The notes below the pieces were generated by a model. That model made no database searches. It saw only the letters and a list, made by a program, of their open reading frames with translations, and had not been told where the DNA came from. A stretch of 54,741 bases of DNA, taken from IMG/VR virus record IMGVR_UViG_3300022200_000058, positions 1 to 54,741 of that record; one strand, given 5' to 3'. The number at the start of each line of letters is the position of its first letter. The first letter of the stretch is position 1. Made by a program: the position numbers and the translations under genes. Below, one piece after another: positions 9,633-17,671 of this stretch. This stretch comes from a virus (taxonomy: Duplodnaviria; Caudoviricetes).

Positions 9633-10018
9633 GAGCTTTGCTCCTTAAGGTTATTTTTGGCTTGACGTAAAGTCTTATGTTTTGAAATAGCGATTTTCAT
9701 GTTATGATTGGTTGCCCTGACAACCAAGTAATGGTTATCAAGAGCAATAACCTGTCTGCCAGGAGCTGGAAGTTCTGAATTGTAAAGAAACATTTCATCA
9801 GCATTTCTGGCATTCAGATCAATAATAGCAAAATGAGTAGCATCTTTGATTTTACGAATGCCGTACTTACTAGCTTTCACACCGTAAAAATACAAACCAG
9901 GAACCAAAGTGTTTTCAATTTGCTGAAATTGACGTGACCACTTAGGATCCATATTGCCATTGACATCAATGGCATACTGAACTAAATGGCAGTTCGGAAA
10001 GTCGTTTGATGACGACAT
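9629..10018 (-). CDS. Hypothetical protein
   Basis: RBS AAGGAG; ATGA coupling to the next gene. Confidence 0.75.
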   Translation of the reverse strand: MSSSNDFPNCHLVQYAIDVNGNMDPKWSRQFQQIENTLVPGLYFYGVKASKYGIRKIKDATHFAIIDLNARNADEMFLYNSELPAPGRQVIALDNHYLVVRATNHNMKIAISKHKTLRQAKNNLKEQSS

Positions 10019-10048
10019 TATATCTCCTTAGTGTTTGATGATATTTAG

Positions 10049-10121
10049 CTCCGGGAACAGGGCTCGAACCTGTGACCCGCTGATTAACAGTCAGCTGCTC
10101 TGCCAGCTGAGCTATCCCGGA
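10049..10121 (-). tRNA. tRNA-Asn (GTT), CCA not encoded
   Basis: Cloverleaf: acceptor TCCGGGA/TCCCGGA, anticodon loop CT-GTT-AA, T-loop TTCGAGC. Confidence 0.95.
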
Positions 10122-10316
10122 ATATAGTCTGATACATATAGTGTTTCATGAACACCAAAGACACCGAGTGCTGTTGCAGGATCTCCCTCCACACCATGCT
10201 ACATGTATCAGACTAAAGGTTATTGGGGCACACCACAGTGTCGTTTAAGACGCGTTATACACGCAGTCCCCCAATTGTAAGGAATATATTATCCCATTAA
10301 ATCATTGTTTTGCATG

Positions 10317-10390
10317 CGCCCCCGGCAGGAATCGAACCTGCGACCTGCGGCTTAGAAGGCCGTTGCTCTATCCTACTGAGCTACAGGGGC
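10317..10390 (-). tRNA. tRNA-Arg (TCT), CCA not encoded
   Basis: Cloverleaf: acceptor GCCCCTG/CGGGGGC, anticodon loop CT-TCT-AA, T-loop TTCGATT. Confidence 0.95.
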
Positions 10391-10492
10391 TTGATGGTCA
10401 GAAAGTTTGGTCTTTTTCTTCCCATCTTGTAATTTTGTATGCTAGAAATAGTATCAAAATAGCTGGTAATGTTGCAACGAAGTATATCACGG

Positions 10493-10783
10493 TTAGTCCT
10501 CGTAAGGAAACATTTGAAGCCAACATTGCGGGTGAATGCCAGTCATCAAGATTTCTCTGTCTTCGTGGTTAAGCCAGCTGAATACATTCTGAACGTATTC
10601 TTTGCCTTCTGCCCAGCGTACATAATCAACATTGTTGATAAGAATAAGATTTTCTTTACGACAATGATGACAAGTATTTCGGTGAAGCATGTCGGCTTTT
10701 TGTGATTTAATAATACCATTCTCTTTGTAAAGATGAGAAGGGTTTCTGAAATCATAAGTTGTTGGGCTAGTGTTTGATGACAT
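10493..10783 (-). CDS. Hypothetical protein with CxxC and HxxC (possible Zn binding)
   Basis: CHHC ... TGIHPQCW; RBS AGGAG. Confidence 0.7.
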   Translation of the reverse strand: MSSNTSPTTYDFRNPSHLYKENGIIKSQKADMLHRNTCHHCRKENLILINNVDYVRWAEGKEYVQNVFSWLNHEDREILMTGIHPQCWLQMFPYED

Positions 10784-10786
10784 CAG

Positions 10787-11005
10787 TTACTCCTGGTTGT
10801 AAATATATACAGGTTTTGAATGTGTCTCAATGTCGTGAATGTGCCAAACTTCGCATTCAGTTAGTTCTTTATCTCGGATATATCTGTGACATGCGTCTTG
10901 TTTTCCGACATAAACAAAAGATTGCGACTTGGCACTATAAACTACGTAATAGTTCACTTGTGTTCTGCTGATGAGTGTAGATTCTTTTTGATCTGGTGTA
11001 ACCAT
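10787..11005 (-). CDS. Hypothetical protein
   Basis: Packed minus-strand operon; start uncertain. Confidence 0.55.
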   Translation of the reverse strand: MVTPDQKESTLISRTQVNYYVVYSAKSQSFVYVGKQDACHRYIRDKELTECEVWHIHDIETHSKPVYIYNQE

Positions 11006-11148
11006 TCTTGTTGTTCCAAGGTAAGATTGTCTTTATAGACGATATCACATCCAGCTTGACGTGGGAGAATTTCGCCTATGTAAGTGACGCATTGAGAAAG
11101 TTTACCCCAGAAAAGAACCTTTTCTTTACGTGTGACGTAAAAGGTCAA
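10954..11148 (-). CDS. Hypothetical protein
   Basis: Packed operon; overlaps neighbours. Confidence 0.55.
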   Translation of the reverse strand: MTFYVTRKEKVLFWGKLSQCVTYIGEILPRQAGCDIVYKDNLTLEQQEWLHQIKKNLHSSAEHK

Positions 11149-11350
11149 GAGATTCCCTTTCTGCTTTATTGAGATCTCTTTTTCGCATTATGACGTAAAG
11201 AGATCCATGTAATTGATCTTGAAGTTCTTCACATTCGTCATATGTTCCTACGTATACAACATATGAATCTGTGATGTCAACAAGATACCATTTGGTTGAA
11301 AACTTGACAAAGAATCTGTCAAGTAAACTGAGTGAGTGATCTTGTACCAT
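11126..11350 (-). CDS. Hypothetical protein
   Basis: TAATG coupling to the upstream gene. Confidence 0.65.
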   Translation of the reverse strand: MVQDHSLSLLDRFFVKFSTKWYLVDITDSYVVYVGTYDECEELQDQLHGSLYVIMRKRDLNKAERESLDLLRHT

Positions 11351-11631
11351 TAAAAATCAAGCTCTTCAAACATGTCATTCATCATTGGCATGAGTGCTGC
11401 CATTGCCTTAGCAACTGTTTGCATTTGAAGATTGCTGATTTCTTCTGGTGTTTCAAGTGCATAGATTGCATTGCCAGTAGAAAGATAAATCTTAGTGAAT
11501 GGCATTTCAACGCCTTCTTCAGGCTCATAGGTATCTCGCTTCATCATAACGATGAAAGCAGGATTAAGTTCGATCTTTTCAGAGTCAAGATCAGTGAGTG
11601 TAATGAATGAAATCATATTGTTTTGTGACAT
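11350..11631 (-). CDS. FlbD/SwrD-like small protein
   Basis: FITLTDLDSEKIELNPAFI...TKIYLSTGNAIYALETPEEI matches the FlbD family pattern; start at 11631 after AAAGGA. Confidence 0.55.
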   Translation of the reverse strand: MSQNNMISFITLTDLDSEKIELNPAFIVMMKRDTYEPEEGVEMPFTKIYLSTGNAIYALETPEEISNLQMQTVAKAMAALMPMMNDMFEELDF

Positions 11632-11635
11632 AGTG

Positions 11636-11956
11636 TTAGTCCTTTGTATTCCATGAGTAGTTACATCCCATTTCTTTGTAGTTGTCACCACACATTGTGT
11701 TGGGGTGACCGCTACGGAAATGATGTTGAAATTCAAGTGGGAACATGTCAATGAGTTTGACCGAACAATCATGGCAAAGCCTGATGCTACGAAAGATTGT
11801 CATTTCGTCTTCATCCATACAGTCGTTGAACATACCGTAGCCATCAAAGATAGCTAGGTGTAAACCGCCTGTTGGTTGTATTTCTGTGTCAGGTTGATGT
11901 TCTTTGAACTCGTTAGGAGCTGGTTTGCTGCACATCGTGCATAGTTGAGTAGTCAT
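11636..11956 (-). CDS. Cys-rich hypothetical protein
   Basis: CTMC and LCHDC motifs. Confidence 0.65.
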   Translation of the reverse strand: MTTQLCTMCSKPAPNEFKEHQPDTEIQPTGGLHLAIFDGYGMFNDCMDEDEMTIFRSIRLCHDCSVKLIDMFPLEFQHHFRSGHPNTMCGDNYKEMGCNYSWNTKD

Positions 11957-12272
11957 ATTTCTCCCAGATTTGGTCAATAAGTTCTTCTGATGATTGAGGG
12001 AATGTGTATGTGCCTTTGGCTACAGCAGCTAGCTCAGTGACAATGACATACCATTCACCATGTTCGTGTTGTGGATATGTCAGTGACTTTTGCTTGAGTT
12101 CCTCAATTGCTGCTTCGACACGTTCCCATTTCTTGGTGACGTGAATGATATCTGCCATGACGCCAGAACCACCAGGGGTGCCGTGGCAAAGTTCAACTTG
12201 CCATTGCGGCATCAAATATCTTTGTTCTTTTTGCTGAATAATACTAAGATCGTGCATTTGATTAAGTGTCAT
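11913..12272 (-). CDS. Hypothetical protein
   Basis: Packed operon; RBS AGGAG. Confidence 0.65.
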   Translation of the reverse strand: MTLNQMHDLSIIQQKEQRYLMPQWQVELCHGTPGGSGVMADIIHVTKKWERVEAAIEELKQKSLTYPQHEHGEWYVIVTELAAVAKGTYTFPQSSEELIDQIWEKYDYSTMHDVQQTSS

Positions 12273-12273
12273 A

Positions 12274-12468
12274 TCAGTCTCCTACGTAATCCCAAAGACG
12301 GCCATAGAAGATTCGAGCATCTTCTAGTTCGTTTTTGGTGATAATCTTGTTGGAAAAAGCAGAGTTGTAGTATGTCATACGGGAATTGTATGCAAACTCT
12401 TCGGGCACATTAACACGTGCCCAGTTTTCAACTCGCATAATGATTTCACGGATAGGTGTAATCGTCAT
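12274..12468 (-). CDS. Hypothetical protein
   Basis: RBS GGAGG; packed; ends LWDYVGD. Confidence 0.7.
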   Translation of the reverse strand: MTITPIREIIMRVENWARVNVPEEFAYNSRMTYYNSAFSNKIITKNELEDARIFYGRLWDYVGD

Positions 12469-12469
12469 T

Positions 12470-12715
12470 TTAGTCCTCCGGTGTTGGTGGCTCGGGCTGG
12501 TTCATGGCTTCATAAAGTTGCTTGTTGTATGCAAGTTGATCTTGGTGATCCTGAAAAGACAACAAGTGTTCATGAAGTGTGAAGATTCTTTCAAGTTCAC
12601 TTACTTTGAACTTTATTGATGGTGGTGAAGTACCCATGTTGATCGAATGAAAGGCTACGCCTAACATTTTGATCATGTCATGTGCTTCTTGATCTGTGAG
12701 TGTAAATGTGGCCAT
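12470..12715 (-). CDS. Hypothetical protein
   Basis: RBS AAAGGGG. Confidence 0.7.
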   Translation of the reverse strand: MATFTLTDQEAHDMIKMLGVAFHSINMGTSPPSIKFKVSELERIFTLHEHLLSFQDHQDQLAYNKQLYEAMNQPEPPTPED

Positions 12716-12960
12716 AAAGCCCCCCTTTAACTTATATAAACGTGTAAACTTTTTGGTGCATATTCTGCATGTTTATACTGATTTAGTTGATATTATCAAA
12801 GTTTATGTTACAAACATTATATTATATATGTATACGGAGCCGTAAAGGTGTATAAATACAGGTGTGTAACAATATTTGACAATCGGCGGGCATCTATTGT
12901 AGCTATGTAAGCAAGCTTATAATAGCAAAGATACCATAGATCCACAAGAGTAGTTCCATG

Positions 12961-13242
12961 TTATTTGTTCCTCCAGATACGGATAACTTTGTTGTCCCAT
13001 TCGGCACATTCGCCTGTAGGGTGCCCTTGTGCAGCAATCCACATGTTAGTTCCTTCTCCGTAGATTCCTTTGCGAACTAGTTGTGGATGCCAGCCCATTT
13101 GGGCATGACAGTTGGTGCAACACCAGTCACCGAAACGGGTGTGATATCTGTCGTACTGATGGGTACAGTTATCTGGTGTGGTGAGTGGTTCAATTGAACC
13201 TTCAGTTGGGATAGTTTTATTATTACGTTGTGTACGGGACAT
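12961..13242 (-). CDS. Cys/His-rich hypothetical protein
   Basis: CTH, WCCTNC, HPTGEC; RBS AAAGGA. Confidence 0.7.
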   Translation of the reverse strand: MSRTQRNNKTIPTEGSIEPLTTPDNCTHQYDRYHTRFGDWCCTNCHAQMGWHPQLVRKGIYGEGTNMWIAAQGHPTGECAEWDNKVIRIWRNK

Positions 13243-13625
13243 GATTATCCTTTGTTGTTGATGGCCGGCGGGAAAACAATTTATGCTGTATGTCTATAAA
13301 GAAAGACATAGATACATAAATACAGCAATGTCTGAATACATAGACACAGAAAGTGTCCACAGAAGTGGAAAGACAATAGTATAAAACATTGTCATTTTCA
13401 TATGGGTGCCCACGTGCACGGGGCCTATATTGTGGTCTGGTCAACAAAAATCGTTCTTTTATTATCCTATATGAGTGTTTGCTATAGGATACTATGCATT
13501 TGTTGTTTAATATTAGTTGTTGTTGCGTGATTTGTTAATGTAGAGTGTTTGTTGTAGGCCGGCGAAGTTGACGGTGCCGGGGGAGGACCACCTACTCAAC
13601 CCCGACACCGCCTGCCAGCGGCGAA

Positions 13626-13844
13626 CTACACTGTTAGGTCTACATTATACATTCTTTTGAAGTCACGTCTCATAGGATGGAGTGCGGACTCTGTCCCATG
13701 AGTTATATATATGTCGCAAGATTTCATGGAGGGGGGAGGGAGTATCTTGTAACATCCGGACTTCTTTTGTTCCACGCTGAATCCGAGTCTCCTAAGCTCT
13801 GAGAAGACCTTTTTCATTTGCTTGGACTGATGCTGTCTAGGCAT
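13626..13844 (-). CDS. HicA-like (dsRBD-fold) small protein
   Basis: ELRRLGFSVEQKKSGCYKI...THGT...RRDFKR; RBS AAAGGAG. Confidence 0.55.
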   Translation of the reverse strand: MPRQHQSKQMKKVFSELRRLGFSVEQKKSGCYKILPPPSMKSCDIYITHGTESALHPMRRDFKRMYNVDLTV

Positions 13845-13886
13845 CTGTATAATCTCCTTTTATGTAGCTTGCTGCTTACGGAGATT

Positions 13887-13916
13887 ATTATATCAGATGG
13901 CCGGCAAATCCGTCCA
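13887..13916 (-). promoter_or_regulatory. Sigma70-type promoter (TGGACG-18-TATAAT, extended -10)
   Basis: TGnTATAAT about 43 bp upstream of the HicA-like gene. Confidence 0.55.
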
Positions 13917-14331
13917 ATTTTCTACGAGATTTTCGGTCTAAACGCCGAAAAATAATCCTCATAGAAATCAGGAACCCCCCAAAGGGGGCCCCCCTGATAG
14001 TGAACATGGTCTATGACTAAAGATCTAGTATAGGAAAGAATAAATAAATAAAGAGAATAGGATAGCTGGGGGATCAATCCCTTTCGAGTCTTGGGGGCTA
14101 TCAACTCCCTCACAATTGTATGTGTACGTATACAATTGTATAAGTGCTTGAACGTACATTCTTCAGGTTGTGACACCATCACCACCAACTTAACTGCTTC
14201 CCGGCAAGGTCGACAGAAAAGTCAATGTCTATGTATTGCCGTACATAGAAACCAACGCCACCCCCCACCGAAGTGGGGACGCTCTGAGCCTAAGGCGGTT
14301 TATACTCGCTCAGACGAGTTGAGATAAACTC

Positions 14332-14634
14332 TCATTGTTTCCTCTCAGGTAAATTTATCAAATTGTCGCATAAATCATATGCTTCTTTTTGAAAATCAAT
14401 GCGTTGCACATCGTTTGTAATGATTCCTTCCAAATCAAGTTCTGAGTCAACAAGATACACTCGGTTGCCATCTCTAAATTCTCTGGCAAAATCTATACAT
14501 CGATGCCACATTAGATGACGAATCAGACGATGAATCTGTTTCTTAGTCATATGCGGCAAAGATGGAGGATTTTCTGGTATATCATCACCAGTAATGAGAT
14601 GGTCAACCAGGTGTTTCTTGTTACAGAACTCCAT
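14332..14634 (-). CDS. Hypothetical protein
   Basis: ORF immediately downstream of the L7/L12-like gene. Confidence 0.65.
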   Translation of the reverse strand: MEFCNKKHLVDHLITGDDIPENPPSLPHMTKKQIHRLIRHLMWHRCIDFAREFRDGNRVYLVDSELDLEGIITNDVQRIDFQKEAYDLCDNLINLPERKQ

Positions 14635-14636
14635 TA

Positions 14637-15170
14637 TCAGAAAGGGTTTTTGTGCCTGGAATCGTAGCCAGGGACACTTGAACCGCTGTCAGGCGAATGC
14701 GTGAAACAGTACGGTTCATCATGATAGGCAACCATGCGGTCACAGCCGGCATGCTCACACTCATGACGACACTCAGTATCACACATGTGATAAGAGTTTT
14801 TAACTGGAGCAGGATTATAACTTCCATCATTATTGAACGTGCCCATAGTAGGAACCTCCATGTCATGTGCCTTTAGATTGGCCGGCGAAGTAGTCTTCAT
14901 AAACTGAAGAACATCCATGAGAAAACTCAGGTTCTCATCACTACGATCCTGATACTTGACCAACTCGCTCATAACAAGCGAATAGACAGTCTGCTGAACA
15001 GGCTTCAACTCCTGGAACATGTCGTCAATCTTGTCAACAATGTTCTTAGCCTCAACCAAGCCACAGTGCGTATTGCTACGAATGTCCTTGATGAACTGAA
15101 TCTTGTTAACAACATTGAACTTATGTGTAACAACATCTTTGGACAATGGAATGTTGATGGTGGTCAACAT
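14637..15170 (-). CDS. Ribosomal protein L7/L12 C-terminal-domain-like protein with Cys/His-rich extension
   Basis: NKIQFIKDIRSNTHCGLVEAKNIVD matches bL12 CTD signature KI..IK..R....GL.EAK..V; RBS GAGG. Confidence 0.65.
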   Translation of the reverse strand: MLTTINIPLSKDVVTHKFNVVNKIQFIKDIRSNTHCGLVEAKNIVDKIDDMFQELKPVQQTVYSLVMSELVKYQDRSDENLSFLMDVLQFMKTTSPANLKAHDMEVPTMGTFNNDGSYNPAPVKNSYHMCDTECRHECEHAGCDRMVAYHDEPYCFTHSPDSGSSVPGYDSRHKNPF

Positions 15171-15217
15171 GTGTACCTCTTTCTTTATTTTGAATGTGGA
15201 TAAAACGGGTCTGATAG

Positions 15218-15296
15218 TGGAGGAGCCGGGAATCGAACCCGGGTAGCACAGCGTTCCGACATGCGGGTTTACGTGTGCGCTAAGCCCTTCTCCCCC
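15218..15296 (-). ncRNA. tmRNA tRNA-like-domain (TLD)-only RNA with alanine identity
   Basis: Acceptor GGGGGAG/CUCCUCC with G3-U70, discriminator A, T arm CCGGG-UUCGAUU-CCCGG, no D stem, helix GCACA-CGU/ACG-UGUGC closed by a short hairpin. Confidence 0.75.
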
Positions 15297-15301
15297 TAGG
15301 G

Positions 15302-15488
15302 GAGCAGTTTATGTGACGAACATACTCAGGTTCGCCCCGTTCATTTTACCATGGCTTACGGGCATCCATGTAACCCCCGAAGGGGGAGCAGTTTTATCAC
15401 ATGCTCAGGTGTTACAAGCCTGACCTCAGTATGCAGGTCATGACCCCAGGACAAGCCCAGATAACAGTTTAACGACATATCTAGGTCG
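15302..15488 (-). ncRNA. Tandem H-type pseudoknot cluster
   Basis: Three related units (15302-15336, 15386-15414, 15459-15488) with covarying stems, plus a fourth pseudoknot at about 15336-15370. Confidence 0.6.
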
Positions 15489-15496
15489 GATGGGGA

Positions 15497-16534
15497 TCAG
15501 TTACGATCAAACTCCACATCAGCATCATCAGTGCTAGCAGTGGGCTGTGCATCATCAAGACGAGTGGTACCACGACGAGTAGTCCACAAATCAATGAACA
15601 CAGGATCGTTATCGACAACCATCTCAATACGGCCACAAGTAGCCTTAATGAGATCATACTGGTCGACAGTCTCCAACGTGCCATTCACACGATTCTGACG
15701 CTGAGCCGAACCAGCCCAGTTGCCAGAAGCCTGACGAGCAAGCTCCTTCTTACGAGCAATCATGCTCTGAAGAGCCTCAAGCTTCTTACCAGTCAAGTCG
15801 GAAAGCTTACCTTCCTGATCAGTAATCCAATTGATTTGCTCCTGCTGACGCTCATAGGTTGAAACCACAGCATCAACAAAGGAAGTGAACCCCTGATTAC
15901 GAGTATTCTTAGACCGATCAGTCTTAGAAACCTCAAACCAGTTCACAGGAACACCAGTGGAATGACGATACGCTTCAGTCATCGTCCGAGGCTTATTGGC
16001 ACGCGAAGCAAAGTCATCGACAGCACCAGCACCCAAGAACGTCTCAACAAAGGCATCAAACTTATCTCGATCAGCACCAATCTGCTGAGTGAACAAGTTC
16101 GGAACCTTAGTAGAGATACCCGAAGCACCAGTGAAGTCCATCCTCATATTGAAGAGCATTTCATCAAAGGTATCGCGGGAAAGATCAGGATCATTCTCCT
16201 GAGCCTGCATGAAGAACAAATCCTGGATCGAAATCCAATCATTCTCCACCTGAACCTCAAGATTCATAGCAACCTGGCTCAACAGCATCTCAGCAACGAG
16301 ATACGTAGAGTTCGGATCCTCAACATAGGCCTGCTCACGGAGAGTAACCTGAGTCAGAAGAGGCTGATCCAGAAGGGTAACACGAGTATTCACATCGTGA
16401 CCATTGATCGAACCAGCCTGAGGCACAGTACGACCAACCTTCACTTGAATAGTGTTGCCCGAAGCAGCCGTCAGATCCAAATGGCGATCTGACACCTTAT
16501 GAACATCACTCTTGAAAAAGGACAATACGCTCAT
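15497..16534 (-). CDS. Hypothetical protein with acidic C-terminal tail
   Basis: 345-aa ORF with strong codon bias; ends ASTDDADVEFDRN. Confidence 0.8.
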   Translation of the reverse strand: MSVLSFFKSDVHKVSDRHLDLTAASGNTIQVKVGRTVPQAGSINGHDVNTRVTLLDQPLLTQVTLREQAYVEDPNSTYLVAEMLLSQVAMNLEVQVENDWISIQDLFFMQAQENDPDLSRDTFDEMLFNMRMDFTGASGISTKVPNLFTQQIGADRDKFDAFVETFLGAGAVDDFASRANKPRTMTEAYRHSTGVPVNWFEVSKTDRSKNTRNQGFTSFVDAVVSTYERQQEQINWITDQEGKLSDLTGKKLEALQSMIARKKELARQASGNWAGSAQRQNRVNGTLETVDQYDLIKATCGRIEMVVDNDPVFIDLWTTRRGTTRLDDAQPTASTDDADVEFDRN

Positions 16535-16635
16535 AACTTACAATTCAACTTTCTGTTGTCTAACTTACTTATATTATGTTATTGACATTGGTGCAAACTA
16601 TTACAGTTTACACCAATGTCAAGCTTTTGCATGTG

Positions 16636-16860
16636 TCAGGCCTGAGCCTCAATGACATCGTCGGTCAAATCAAACACGACAACATCATCGACATCAGACT
16701 CACCCATGCCTTCCTGCCAGCCTTCCTTCACCTTATCAGCGAAAGCAGACGAACCCGACTTCACTTTAGCAGTGAATGAGCTAGCAAGACTTTTCGTGTG
16801 CTTAGGAGCATCAGAGATACCCTTAGTCACAATAGCAGCAGATTTTCCAATAATCTTCAT
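16636..16860 (-). CDS. Hypothetical protein
   Basis: RBS AAAGG; acidic C-terminus. Confidence 0.7.
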   Translation of the reverse strand: MKIIGKSAAIVTKGISDAPKHTKSLASSFTAKVKSGSSAFADKVKEGWQEGMGESDVDDVVVFDLTDDVIEAQA

Positions 16861-16870
16861 TTTTTGAATG

Positions 16871-16960
16871 TTACCTTTCTACATTTTCGCCGGAAAGAAC
16901 TCCGACAGCAAATGCCAGTAAAATATTGATAGTGACACTAATAATGAACAACACAAACAT
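16871..16960 (-). CDS. 29-aa single-TM peptide
   Basis: Manual ORF MFVLFIISVTINILLAFAVGVLSGENVER; RBS AAGGGGAG; follows the cassette motif at 16985. Confidence 0.6.
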   Translation of the reverse strand: MFVLFIISVTINILLAFAVGVLSGENVER

Positions 16961-17029
16961 GTGTTTTCTCCCCTTTTGAATGCGCGTCGTCAAGTTTAGA
17001 CTCTGCGACTAAAGGTCCTACAATGCGAA

Positions 17030-17083
17030 CAAGGTGAGCGCGGGTGCAACCAGACTAATCTGGCTACACCCGCGCTTAACCTT
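17030..17083 (-). terminator. Long hairpin, probable terminator
   Basis: AGCGCGGGTG...CACCCGCGCT inverted repeat directly after the stop at 17082. Confidence 0.55.
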
Positions 17084-17222
17084 AGCTCATCTGGGTGAGA
17101 ACCTGCTCCCAGTGAACTATCGCTCGCACGATGTTATACGACTCCATCGAGGACAAGTTGGAGTTCTCCAGCTTATACCTCAACTCGGTCAAAGTCTGCT
17201 CAATGGTCTCTTGTCGCGTCAT
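17082..17222 (-). CDS. 46-aa hypothetical protein
   Basis: Manual ORF MTRQETIEQTLTELRYKLENS...QMS. Confidence 0.6.
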   Translation of the reverse strand: MTRQETIEQTLTELRYKLENSNLSSMESYNIVRAIVHWEQVLTQMS

Positions 17223-17227
17223 GGTGC

Positions 17228-17671
17228 TCACTCGAACTCCATGCCTTCGATCAGGCCATTGGCTTCAGCAGCCGAAGCGGCTCCTCGGGCAACCTTCTCA
17301 GTCCGGTTGTCCCAGACCTGCTTGACAAAACCAGCCAAGACGGCACCCATGTTGTCGCGGGTCAAATCGAGGCTCCGATAAGGGCGAGAATCGCTCTTAC
17401 GGAACTTCTGCTCAATCACCGCAGAATCGATGTCAACCCAGGTCTGATGGCTCTTATTGACACCATCGGGCTTCAGCAGGCCAAAGACCCACTCTCGCAG
17501 AATCTGGTCCTGCATGGTGACCTTGCCGTTCTTGGCGCGAACGGGCAGCTTCAGGCTCTCTGCGGGCACCTCGAAGAACAGAGGCTGACCCTGGAGATCC
17601 TGGGGATTGTGGGGCGTGAGGCTGATCTTGGATTCACCAGCTCCAACCCAGAAACGGATAAGATTTGCCAT
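17228..17671 (-). CDS. Cassette protein, distant paralog of 18198..18557 and 19440..19796
   Basis: Shared IR.WVGAGE..IS..P; start MANL at 17671 after GGAAGGAG. Confidence 0.8.
   Translation of the reverse strand: MANLIRFWVGAGESKISLTPHNPQDLQGQPLFFEVPAESLKLPVRAKNGKVTMQDQILREWVFGLLKPDGVNKSHQTWVDIDSAVIEQKFRKSDSRPYRSLDLTRDNMGAVLAGFVKQVWDNRTEKVARGAASAAEANGLIEGMEFE

Noticed and set aside
15218-15296. Ordinary tRNA-Ala
   Set aside because: No D stem and no canonical anticodon arm with an Ala anticodon
15218-15490. Complete or circularly permuted tmRNA
   Set aside because: Both acceptor strands lie within 79 nt in normal order, the pseudoknots are outside (5' of) the TLD, and no tag ORF was found
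778-16867. Plus-strand and alternative-frame ORFs overlapping the helicase, RNAP-like and other early genes
   Set aside because: Nested in longer genes with recognisable motifs, with no RBS or protein-like features
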